A stretch of 64,000 nucleotides of DNA from Camelus dromedarius (taxonomy: Eukaryota): the NCBI RefSeq assembly GCF_036321535.1, contig NC_087437.1, positions 91,142,001 through 91,206,000 on the forward strand, read 5' to 3'. Below are positions 52,032-64,000 of the stretch, piece after piece. The notes below the pieces were generated by a model. That model was not told the origin of the DNA, did not search any database, and worked only from the letters and a program-made list of their open reading frames with translations. The position numbers and the translations under genes are program-made. How positions within the stretch are numbered: the first letter of the stretch is position 1; the number at the start of each line of letters is the position of its first letter.

Positions 52032-54129
52032 AGGAATTGTTAATGAGATTTGCTGATTATACTTAAACATACCTCTGGGAGAAAATAGGAAGTGGTGGGA
52101 AGCAGCCTTACTTATTTCTAATTGTTTGCTTTGTTTTGGTATGTGTGCCCAGTTTTTCCAGGTCTTTCAATACGGAAGAGAGTCTAGCAATCTGGATTTT
52201 TTTGATGGAGGCAATATTGTTAAATTTCTTGATTTTTACATAGCTGCAAATTGTTTAACATACATCATTATTAATATCACATGGGTCAAGATTGCAGATC
52301 ACCTCAATATATCTGTAGGCAGAATACTGCAGAGTAAGCAGTTTGAGTTCCCCTAAACTACACTTTTTGGTATTTTTATATATGATACTATTATGAAGTT
52401 TAAACAAATGATGTTATTAAGTAGTTGGCCCACAATTCAGTTCAATTATTGAAATTTTAATCATTTTATTCATTAATTTGTCTCATCTACATTTTGTATT
52501 TACTCAGTGAAATTGATTTCTGAAAGTTGTATTACAAGCTGTAGAAGAACAAGGATATGAGTTATCTGCTCTAATCTCATAATCAACATTATTTACTTTC
52601 TGAGTAGCTACAAAATACTAATAACATACCAATATTTATGCTTTTTCTTATTTATAGTATTTTTATATATTATCTTGTTAGTTTATCCTAATAAATGCTA
52701 TACTTGTAGTAGTAAAAATACTTGATCTATATTACTATCGATATATTTCCAAAATTTAATGTGAATAATATGGAAGAATAAAAGATATAGGCTGGTGATT
52801 GTTGAGATTACACATTTCCAGTTAATGGAGAAAAAAAGGTATATATATATTTTTTGCAATTAAATGAAAGCTTCCCCAAGGATATTTTCACTGACTTTTA
52901 ACATAAGGCTAGTGTGTCTTACTCACTGAGCAAAGTATGTCAAAATAAGTTCTGTATTCTTCATCCTATGCAAGCACAGAGATCATTCTATACAGAGGAT
53001 CAAAATGTTTATGAAAATGCTTTTTTTATAATTGTGGATTTTTAAATTTCTAAAAGAATAAATGAGGCTAAGTACCACTTTAAATGCCTGTAAGTAAATC
53101 AATTCTAATTTTACAAGTTCATAAACAGACCACCATCTTTTCTGTTTATATTTAATTCTTTACTCTTATTAATTCTGTGTATAATTACTAAGAAAAGCAT
53201 AGTTATTAAGTCTTTATTTTATGTACATCTTCATTATCAGAATTTATACACTCAAGGCTATTTCCCTGTTAAATAATGTATTATGTCTTAGGATATTATA
53301 TTTTTTGGCTTAAAATATTTTTAAGAAACACAGTTGCATATTTTACTCTGCAAATGTTGCTGTTTTATGAGAACTTTTATAGCATCTAATTCTGCTTTTC
53401 TTTTATTTTAATGGCTTTTCTGCTATGCTAAATTTGTGATGTATGATGAGACAAACAAATAAATATATATGTTAATTCTGTAAAATTAATTTAAAATCCT
53501 TTAGAAACACTGTCACAACCTTGTCGATTAGTTTATAGTTCATGCCACATTGAGAAGAAGGGGCGTTCTTAGCACTGTAACAAATCAGTTAATTAGGGCT
53601 CAGGTAAATATCTGAAGAAAATAGGACTTTTTCAATACAGCATTATATAATACTCTGTTAGACCATAAAAAGAAATAATGAGGCAAGGAGAAATTAGCAC
53701 TAGGAAGGAAAAGGGTAGATTTTTACACACTATATAAAGTTGTGAGATTAGATCAGCTTCTCTTAAATTATTGTAGTTATTTACTTTAAATAATTTTCCA
53801 GGTGAGACACTTCGGTCACTTACTTGTTACCTCTAGGTATGTAGGGGAAAGAGAGAGAGAGAAAAAGCCTTTCTGCAAATCTTTCAGTGATTCATTGTGC
53901 TATTCACTTTTCAGTCACCGAAGGATTTATCTGTATTTCCTGAATAAATTATTACTTAAATTAATATTCTTCAAGATTCTAAATAATATTAAGCACATAT
54001 TTTAAAAATGACTAATTAGAAAAAGTGTGTTTTTGAAAATAGACACTTATATCTTGGTATTGAAATGCATTCCTTTGTATAAAAGTGTCATCAGGCATCA
54101 GGTATATTTGTTGGCAGTATAGACTGTAT

Positions 54130-55030
54130 AATCACTTTGAAAAACAATTTTCTTATTTAAAAAACATTTTCTTAAAAATTAATTTCTCATATAATGAAAA
54201 TACACACAGTCCGTAACCTACAATTCTACCTCTAGATATTTCCCCAAGAGTAATGAAATTATTTTTATTGATATGAATTGTATAAAATATTTATAACAGC
54301 TCTTTGGCCAATAGACTAAAACTGGAACTAATTTAGTTTCCCATCCAGTTAATGAATGGATAAATAAATTTTTGTATATTCATATACTTTATATAATTCA
54401 TAAAAAATAAAGAGTGAAATAATAATACATACAACACAATGAATAAAATAATTTTGTTCAGAACAGAAACAAAACAAACACAAAGAAATACATACTCTTT
54501 TATTAACCAACCAAAATGTGTGTTTATGAGTTTATGAGTACATTGCCTATTTCTCTTCTTGGCTCATTTTTCTATTGGGATTGCTATCTTGTGTTGTTGA
54601 TTTACAGTTATCAATATATTTTAATATGATTTCTATATGGTAATTATTATTCCTTATCAGTTTTATGCATTATTTCATGGTTTATATTTTTCATCTGTTT
54701 TTATTTAACATCATAAATCTTTCATCTTTTGTTTGTTTTCCTTCATGGTTAGTGCTTTCAAAATCTTTGAGAAATTCTTCATAGTATCTTAGTAACAATG
54801 AGAGTCTTTAACAGTTTTGTTTATTTACTTTATAGTTTTCTTTTCATTAAGTTTTTAAACTGTCTGGAGTCCACCTTTCTACACAGAATTAGGTAGAGAT
54901 CCAAGTTTATTTTTCTCCATATAATGAGCCAATTTCCCCAACACTATCTAATAAACAATCTGTTCTTTGTACATATATTTGTGATGCCCTTCTTATCATG
55001 AATTAGGTTTTCATATATTTGTAAGCATGA
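54130..55030. mobile_element. Old L1 fragments (sense ~54130-54500, antisense ~54530-55030)
   Basis: caattctacctctagatatttcccc...aaaactggaacta...gaatggataaataaa; gtttatttttctccatat...ccaatttcccaacact. Confidence 0.6.
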
Positions 55031-57039
55031 CTCTGAGAAACATTAGGAGAAGGCAGTTGGCAAGTTTTGTGGTCCAGCAAGAGGAGGTTGAAAATAAATG
55101 TCTGTGAATGACTGGTCAGGCTACACAAGATTTCATCAATTTCACTTCTGTATAAGGCACTTATCCTGCCCTTGCGTTACTTCTGTTCCCTCAGTTTGTT
55201 ATGTAAAGACTTGACAAATAAAAATACAATGGGATTTAAAATATTTCTTTGGAAGTATTATCTCTCTGCTTTGCCTAGTCAAGTTCTGCAGGCCTTAGTC
55301 TCCCACATACACTGACTTTCGAGAGACTTGAGTCTCCCCACACATTTCTCAGTTTGATGGCATCTGTTGCTGCTGTTTGTTACCAGAATCCACATTTCCC
55401 TTTAGCTCTTGTAGCTACTCTAGGCTTGTTTCTCTAAGCAGACTGAGTTTGCTGTTATCTTGGCATGAACCATCATCTACTCAATGCCGTCTTTGTTTGC
55501 CCCGCTTTTCCTGAAGTCTCCCAAACTGTGTTATCATCCTCTCTTTTATTCTACAGCCAAGGAGTTTCTCTTCTTAATTTATAGAAAACCATTTTTTTTT
55601 TTTCTGTCTTCCTTCTTCTTTGGTAGGCTTAAGCTTTGGAAACATATGTCTTCTAGGATCATTCTTTGAGATAAGGAATCACAGAACCTGGCACCTGGTT
55701 AAGTGGGAAATAGGAAAGGGGAATAAAAGGGGGAAAATATTAACATTTTAAAAAGATACTATTAATGGTAATTAAGAAGAATCTGTGTACCATATTATGA
55801 CAACTTCCAAATCAATATGTATTTATATAATGTTTTATAATTGACAGAGTGCTTTTAAATCCATGGATTCACAGAAAGGTAGGCACCTCACCAACGTGCA
55901 TATGTATGAAGTCCAGTCAGCATCTCACAACGCAGGACCAGTTATATTGATTCTCTAGTTTTTAACACACCGTAAGCTTTCTTTATTATCAACAATTTTC
56001 AACTAACTCTCCACGTATGACTGTATTGCTTAAGGAATTTTTCATGTTAACTAACAAAAGTGCCTGGCTTTTCCTTATCACACATTATTTTACTGAGCTA
56101 CCAATTATTATGCCCTGAGGAAAGAAAAACTAATTTTATTATTAGCTTAGGTACAACACAACTAGGTAGTTAAATCTACTACAGAAAATCACTTCATATA
56201 AATTCTTTTAAAATTAACTGCACTTTTAGATTATTCATGCCACTGCTTCTCTCCAATAGCATGGATAAGTGAAAGTTGATGAAATTGCTAAATTGAGTTC
56301 TTCAGAACAGCAAACTGGAAAGTTTCCAGGAAGTTAACACTTTTCTTGATTGAAGATCAAATCATTTATTTTAAGGAATAGTCTCTTCACAGTATCACCC
56401 CAGAGCATTTGAACTGGGGGTTTCAAAATCACAGTTTGAAGTTTCTCATCTCACAACTCCCACATCGAAGCTAGGGTCAAATATGTTGAAGTTATGAAAC
56501 AATATACTCTAAACTAGAACCAAAGAATAAAGAAAAAAAGTGGAAGTTGTAGAAAGTGCAATCCCTTTTTTCCCTACTTGCAGACTTCTAAACTTAAAGA
56601 GGAATGTCTTCTGAAATCTTTGCCTTGTTACGTAATCACCATTTTTAAAAAAGGCATGTCTAATGCCCTGTTTAGAGGATATATTTATATGATCATTTTG
56701 ATGAAATTACATGACTAATTTAAAAATATGGTTTGGCAGTACTTAAATGACTGGTTTGTTGATTGGCTAGAAAAATTGATTACTTATTTTAAGGTTATAG
56801 AAGGCAATCAGATTATATTACTCTGTATTGGCTCTCTTGGTATTTCATGATATAACAAAGTTTATTACATTTTCTTTCCTCTTTAGTTTTTTCAAGATCT
56901 TAATTTCCAAAGAGTTTCGATAACCTAAACAATTAGTGTATCCCACTGCCTTCTTGATAATAAAGCCCAAATGCAACTTCCCTTTTCTTGGTTTCCTAAT
57001 GGAGTCCTTCTGATGATACATCTCTCTGTGACGAACTTT

Positions 57040-57365
57040 CATTAGTAAATTCTGGAGGACACTTTTCCAGCAATTTCTGCTAGTGGCACCCCAGTGACTT
57101 CTCTGCCACTCAGGGGCCTAGGCTGTGCTTCTCTACAAGGTCTGATCTAGCTCTGGGTGTTCTGGAAGTGCTCTAACTCAGCTCTAGGGGTAGTAGCTAC
57201 ACTTACATATGCATATATATTCTTATGTTCTCTAGAGTTCCCTTTACTTCTTACTAACTAATTCTCATTACTCTAATCCCCTAGTACAGTTAATAATTCT
57301 TTATATTAAGCTCTTCGAATTACTGTGTGGTTTCTACCTCCTGACTGAACCCTGATTAACATACA
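57040..57365 (+). mobile_element. ERVL-type LTR 3' part (LTR52/LTR41-like)
   Basis: Ends taataattctttatattaagctc...ttactgtgtggtttctacctcctgactgaaccctgattaacataca. Confidence 0.65.
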
Positions 57366-57889
57366 GGAGATGATGGCAAAGTGAGGTTGAACAGATTTTC
57401 ACTTCCTGTTCACTGTTCACAGATAGAGATTGACTTTAAAAATAATAAATGCTAATAGAGTTTATCCTCATGGAAAATACACCTCCACAGAAAAATAGTG
57501 AAATTTAAAGTGGAGAGGGAAAAGGACAGATGCCAATGTCTTTGATCAATATGATGGGGTAAACAGGTGGTTAGAAAATGACAATGATCATCAAGAACAC
57601 AGGGAAATTCATATGGTAAACACTAGTCATTTATTTTAAGATATACTTTTTTCACCGTCTTACCTCAGGATATTTAAACTGTATATCAAGAGCCAAAAGA
57701 ATGTGGATTTTATACATGTGTGAGACAAACTTTGAAACTAAAAGTATGGAGTTGAGAAAATACAGGTTACTAATTTTCCCCTTTTCTACCTGTACTATAT
57801 TAAATATACATGAATGTGAGACTTTTCATTAAAAACAATTTCAGAGAAGTTTGTCTCCGTTATGAAAAGCCTAGGTTCATTTACTGGGT

Positions 57890-57931
57890 TTTTTTGTTTT
57901 GTTTTGTTTTGTTTTGTTTACTTGTTTTTTT
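57890..57931. repeat. (TTTTG)n pentanucleotide repeat
   Basis: Seen directly. Confidence 0.9.
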
Positions 57932-60359
57932 GTATGTGCTCTGAAAGAGTACTCTATTTTTAATCATTGTTTAATTTGTAAAAGAATGCAGCTAGAAATT
58001 TTTTTTTAGGTCAATAATAGTTACACATTTTTGGATAATGTCCAGTAACCTTGGATATGTAATTAGAACAGATGGCAATGTAAACAGAAAGAAACATTCC
58101 TAGCTTCTTAAGGACAATCTTTAATTAATTAACATATATTTAGATAACTTTGAGATTTCAATTGAGAGCAGTTATGGAAAATATTTTGATCACATTAAAA
58201 ACTGCATAGTGGACTACAAATATATAGCACTACCAAGTATAGCTTTTACATGTTTTCAAAAATTTGTATTGAACTGCTAAGCCATATGAATAGACAGTTT
58301 ACAAATAAAGTGCCAGATCACCATGAGAAATATTTTATTTAGGGGACTCCAAATTTAAGAAAAAAATCCAGGGTAACATTTAATTTACTTGAATTTTTAA
58401 AAATCAGATAATTTAGCTAATACCAAACAAAAGTCTCATAAGTAATTGAAAATCACAATCCCAATGATTTCTCATATTATAAAAATCACAACTCCTAAAA
58501 TTTTTTTAAACAGGTACTCTTCTTAAACAGTTTATTGCATAATTTCTAGGTTAAAGATTTCCAAAAATATTTTAAGACAATAAAATCTAAAAAACTCATT
58601 GTGAATTATAATCTCATTACCTTTAAACATACACTTTACTTAAATAAGCTTATTTACTATTTCACCTTAAATTGTTTCCTGACAATTAATATAAAATCTT
58701 TAAAACAGAATTTAATAAGCAACAGAGCTGTCAATTTTGGTTCAAGCAATTACAATTTGATTGTAAACACATAAAAAAGAAACAAATACATTGAAGTATT
58801 TCTTACTATTCAGGCCTTGTCTGGTACTTTAATTTTGTCCAGTCGCTCTTTGCAGGGTGCTGTTTGACCCACACATGTGGAATGCCTAATTTTAGCTTTT
58901 GGTCCTACTTTTTTATCTTGGGAAACATCGTGGAATTTAATAGCAGGAACGCTTCTTACTGATCTAACTGAAGTAGACTCCTGATTTTGATAAGTGTGCT
59001 TTTATTTTGTTTCCAATATGAACTTTTGGTGATTCCTTTTCAGTAAACTGACATCTACTTTTTGCTTTTCTTCACAAGGATGAGTGGTCAGTTTTCTTTC
59101 TCAGAAAACATTTTCTTTGCTCATCTCCTGCTGCCTGCTCATATGCTGCAAATACCATACTGTGCCATCTTTGAAACTCCCAATGGTAACTCCTTTCCTT
59201 TGTCCCTTCTGTGGTACATTGAGTTACTGCCTTCATGCCTACCATGCTCAGTCTACTGGCTGGGCCTTCCTCCGAACAGGAAACAGCATAACTATACCTT
59301 TTTATATGTTTCATTCTGGTTTGCTCCGCTGTTGGCATTGACATGTGTTAGCCACCTTAAAGGGTTAGTAAATTATGTAAGTATGACCCATTCAAGTATC
59401 ATATCACATTTACAGGTATTTAGGCATAAGGCATAAAATTGGGTACATTAGGTAAAATTTTATGACTTCATGACAATAAAATTACTAACAGCATTGGTTG
59501 AGTTGGTAAATTATTTATGTGTGACTTCTGAATATTGGCAGTACTAGCTTTTAAAGCATTCCAATACTTTTCTTTTGAAAAGTCTGAGATGCCATTTTAC
59601 ATTGGTTTTGTATATGATCAGTACAGTTACTCATAAAAAATTGTATAACATTATGTCAGATTAACATATTCATCATCTATCAGGAATTTCATTTCATGTT
59701 TTTATTTTATGTGACTACAAACTTAATGTGTGCAGTTACTAAGGAGGGAATAATAAATAGGGCATAATATCACACATTTTTAGTAAGGATAATGTTTCCT
59801 AATAACTTTAGTTCTTGGGTATTATCTTTCTAAGTATTTATGATTTCATTCTGAAACTATCTACTAAGATATCAAAAAATAGCTAAAGAAAGTAAGCAAA
59901 TGATGAAGCATATAGACGTCATTGAGATTATTTCAGTTATTCCCTTGGGATATATATGCTTTTTAATACTCTCTCATTATTTTTGTTTGACACTAAAAAT
60001 ATATCCTTCATTTCATTTGCTGGTTTCCATGTGTGAATTAGTTTTTCCTTAGAATTGAAAAAACTGAAGTATAAAATATATTTAAGAAAAGTTGTCAAAA
60101 AGAAAAGTTGTCACAGAAAATATTAACCTAACAATTTTTCTACTTACTAATTCAATTAATTCTTAGATGTATATGACACATTCTTTACTGCAAATGCACT
60201 ATAATGAAACAGTGAAATTTCTGATTAGGATGATCAGGAACTATTCTATTTAGTAGTGTAGCTCCTGGAATCTTATCATAACCAGAGTGAAAATTATAGA
60301 AAACTGGTTTAGTCCAAAGATATCTATGATCTGAAACCAACACAGAACCATGGGCTATA

Positions 60360-60883
60360 CGGGATTTCTCATCTCGTATTTGCCATGGATCAGGAGTCCA
60401 GCACATTTTAGCTAGGTCCTCTGTTTAGGATCTGAGAAGGCATTGGCTGGATGTGTTTTCAACTAGAGTTTTGATTAGAGAAAAGTCTACTTCCAGACTC
60501 CATCATGTTGTTGGCAGAAATGTATTTCCCTGCAGTTAGATAATTGGCATTCCTATTTTCTTCATAGTGAGTAGGGGACCTCTCTAAATTCCTAGAGCTC
60601 ACACTCAGATCTTTGTCACATAGTCCCCTCCATAGGCCCTCTCACATTTCAAATATCTTCCCTCAGGAAGGGTTTAAGTTCCTTTTAAGGGCTCACCTGA
60701 CTTAATCAAGCCTATCCAGGATAATTTTCTTATTTGATTGACTCAAAGTCAACTGATATGGGATTTTAACTGTATCTATAAAATTCCTCAATTCTGCCCA
60801 CATTCAGAGGGAGAAAATACTACTAATTGTGTACATTAAGAGATAAGAATCTTGGGAGCCATTGCAAAATTTTGCCTACCATG
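60360..60883 (-). mobile_element. MaLR LTR (MLT1E-like)
   Basis: ggatcaggagtccagcac...tgttggcagaaatgtatttccctgcag...aagggctcacctga...gactcaaagtcaactgat...tttgcctacca. Confidence 0.75.
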
Positions 60884-61665
60884 GTGGTTTTGCTGATAGA
60901 ATAAGAATGCCTAAGGGAATCCAAAAGGAAAGCTGAACAAAATGCAGATACTCTTACTTTTCTTATAAAGAACTGTATCAGTAATTTTGGAACACTAAAA
61001 CAGATGAAGTATTTTAAATTATATTTCTCTTTGGTCCTGTTTAATGCAGTAAATTAGCCTTAGTGTTTTAAAATACACAGATATCTGAAAGTCTTAATTC
61101 ATGCCCAGTAAGCCTTTTACTTGATATAGGTTATATTATAATGTCCTTGATCACTGAAATAAAAATTCACCATTAGAGAACCAAAAAATGTTTCTTTACT
61201 TTGTTCTGATCTTCTTCTGAAAAGAAGCATATATTTAGCTATGATAATATTTATAATAAATTATGTAGTTTTATATCCCTTGACTTTACCTATAGAAATT
61301 CTACCTTTTAATACTCCTTATCTGTTAAATCTCCAATAGCATCTGATGAGGTATTTATTTTTTACCCATATATCTACTATTTATGTAATGTCCAGAGCAA
61401 CAGACTTATAGGAAGTTTAATAATTTACTAGTATAGAGATGGTTATTATTCCCCATTTAATGCATACTATCTTCTTTCCCGAAGATGTCTACTGCAAACT
61501 GTAGATAACTATGTCATATGCCTATGTCTGACACACATGTGATTTTACCAGCAATAAAATCATAATACATATTTGATTTTTTAAATTAATAATATAGTCA
61601 ATTATTAAAAACACATTCTATTCGAAGCACTACTCTAACTATTGGGTATATAGTAGTGAACACAC

Positions 61666-61710
61666 CGAAAAGGTTTCGAAAAGGTTTCGAAAAGGTTTCG
61701 AAAAGGTTTC
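61666..61710. repeat. Perfect 11-bp tandem repeat (CGAAAAGGTTT)x4
   Basis: Seen directly, inside an L2-like fragment (~61595-61830). Confidence 0.95.
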
Positions 61711-62117
61711 AAGCAGCATGAATCTTACTTTACACTGGGGTGGGAAGAAAGGAAACAACTAAACAAATATCTGAGAAAAATAATCATCAAGAGTAGCAGG
61801 GAAAATAAAGGAAATAAAATCAATTGTGTAATCAGTCTCCCTAATTTATTAGATACAAATAGGAAAGTCTAGTCTTTTATTTAAATTTTGTTCCAAAATC
61901 TGAATAATTTAAATAATTGAACTATTGACCTCTTTTAAGTTAAAAGGAATTAACTATATAAAACACTGGTCCAACAATATTAATTTAATAGCATTAAAAT
62001 GTTTTCTATATTAATTGTTCTATGTATATTCCTACTTCTTCTTGTATATGTTTTGCAAGCTTATATTTTGTTAGGAAATAACAAATTTCTAAAACTGGGC
62101 TTTTGAATTTGTCACCT

Positions 62118-62695
62118 GTAGTAGGCACCCTCTCAGAATAGCTCCTAATGATCCTACCTCCTGCTATTCATCTTTTTAAATATAATCACCTCCCCTTGAA
62201 TGTTGGCAAGCCCTAATGCCTTCCTTCTACATGGTAGAATAAGACAAAAGTGATTGGATGTCATCACTTTGGACGTTAGATTATATAAAGACTGTGTCTT
62301 CAGTCTTGTTCCTCATCTCTTTTTTTCTGGCTGTTCTTGCTTGCTCATTCTAATGAAGCAAGCTTCCATGTTGTGAGCTGCCCCAAGGAGAGTCCCATGT
62401 GGTAAAAAGCTGAGTATGGCCACTGATTGACAGCCAGCAAGGAATTAAGGGCCTCATTCTAACCTGGGAGGGTCTGTATCCTAACAAGTGATTGAGCAGA
62501 GAAGTAAGTTCAGTTGAACCTTCAGATAATTGCAGCCCTAGCTGAAGGCTTAACTGCAGCCTTGTGATAGACCCTAAGCCAGAGAACCCTGAGAGGTTAT
62601 ACCTGGACTCCTGAGGCACTGAAAATGTGAGATAATAAATGTTGTTTTGAAGCACCAAGTTTTGGGTTAATTTGTTATACAAGAATAAATATCAC
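62118..62695 (+). mobile_element. MaLR solo LTR (MLT1F/MLT1E-like)
   Basis: tgtagtaggc...ctcctaatgatcc...cagccagcaaggaa...gtgagataataaatgttgttttgaagcaccaagttttggg...ttgttatac. Confidence 0.85.
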
Positions 62696-62699
62696 CAGA

Positions 62700-64000
62700 G
62701 AGTTGTATATAGCATTCTTCTGCTGTTTTAATCGCTACTGATTGCACGTTTTTATTCCCTCTCTAGTTATTAATGTGGATGCTCTTGTTTCTCTTCTTTT
62801 CCCTTGAACAAGCTTCAAGGGGGTGTTCCTAGTCTTTACATTTTTCTTTCTTCTTTTTTTTTAATCACCTTCAAAGAACCAGATATCAGATTTATTAGTC
62901 TTTATGTATATATATCACTTACTGATTTATTATATCTTATAAAAATGTAAGACATAGAACAAATTTCTATTTCTTTGAAATTTTAAGATTTACTTGTGAC
63001 AAAGTTCAGAGATTATTTTTGTATTTGTCCCGTGGATATAAATACAAAAGATATATCCTTTAAACTTTCAGGGAAAAGTTCTAAATATATCTAACTAAAC
63101 TGAAGTTCTTTAACTAAATTATCTATAACCTCACTATCTACTAAATATTTCTTATTTGTAAAGAGACAACTCCCTGCCATAATTTCATTCATACAGAATT
63201 CTCTTTGCATTTTTATTAAATGTATCTTTATGTAATTAGTTGCTGTTAAGTTTGATGCTGTTAGTATATTTACCTTTTATTACTACCTAATGTCATTCTT
63301 TGTCTTACTTGTAATGTTAATCATAAATTTCATCCTATCTAGTATATATTTTATCAGTATTTTACTTTTGTATTAGCTGGCTCAGGCTGCCATAATTAAA
63401 TACAATCAGCTGAGTGGCTTAAACAACAGAAATTTACGTCTTACAATTCTGGAGGCTGAGAAGTTTAAGATCAAGATGTTGGCAGATTTGGTTTTCGGTG
63501 AGAGCTTTCTCACTGACTTACAGTCTTTCTTGTGCTTCCAAGCAGAGAGGAAGAGATCTCTTTTTTTCTCTTCTTATAAAGCCACTAATCCCATCATGAA
63601 AACTCTACCTTTATCACCTAACCTAACTCATTATCTCTCCTAAAGGCCTTATCTCCAAATACCAGCACACTTGGCCTACAGGGTGGGAAGGGGGGTATTG
63701 GAAAGGGAAAGGTTAGGGCTGCAATATATGAATTTGGGGGGAATGCAAAGATTCAGTCCATAACAATTTGCAAGCTTTTTTTGAAATCACATGGTTTTAA
63801 ACAGACATCTAATAAGCAGCCTGAGTAAAGTTCTTAAATCAGTCTGTTCCTTTTTAAAATGTTTGTCCATTCATTCTTAAAAGAAAATATGATTTAATAG
63901 TCACATATTATATTTTTCAGAAAAGTTGATAAGATCTGTAATAAAAAGAGTATAACAACAACAGGGAAATGAAAAGGCAAGTGGCAATAATCTTGCACAA
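62700..64000 (-). mobile_element. Old L1 remnant, split by an MLT1
   Basis: ttcaaagaaccagat; ttttaagatttacttgtg; aattctctttgcatttt; aataagcagc...tcttaaatcagtctg. Confidence 0.5.
63369..63765 (-). mobile_element. MaLR solo LTR (MLT1A0-like)
   Basis: tgtattag...ggctgccataa...ggcttaaacaacagaaattt...ttctggaggctgagaag...tgaatttgggggg...attcagtccataaca. Confidence 0.85.

Noticed and set aside
59062..59436. Three overlapping ORFs with splice-acceptor-like tracts
   Set aside because: No recognisable protein and no consistent exon frame; may be conserved non-coding DNA but cannot be supported from sequence alone.
61666..61710. Possible CRISPR-like or operator array
   Set aside because: Head-to-tail 11-mers with no spacers, in mammalian DNA.

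Overview
AT-rich, CpG-depleted mammalian intergenic or deep-intronic DNA, most likely from a camelid (camel/alpaca/llama), judged from a Vic-1-like tRNA-derived SINE and the style of the young L1 3' ends. I can support no host protein-coding gene, RNA gene or prokaryote-type system. Almost all ORFs in the supplied track are chance ORFs or antisense reads of repeats. The window is a layered record of mobile elements: L1 of several ages, L2, MIR, MaLR (MLT1), ERVL/ERV1 LTRs, a decayed ERV integrase, Tigger1 and MER5-type DNA transposons, plus microsatellites. The most notable structures are retrotransposition products: (1) an ORF1-only 'half-L1' copy that starts at the ORF1 ATG and lacks nearly all of ORF2, with a splice-acceptor-like junction; (2) a polyadenylated, TSD-flanked LTR-like fragment inserted into another LTR; (3) a short L1 carrying a 36-bp 3' transduction; (4) a twin-primed, 5'-inverted L1. 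Repeat family names come from recognising consensus-like sequence, not from a database search, and boundaries of old repeats are approximate.
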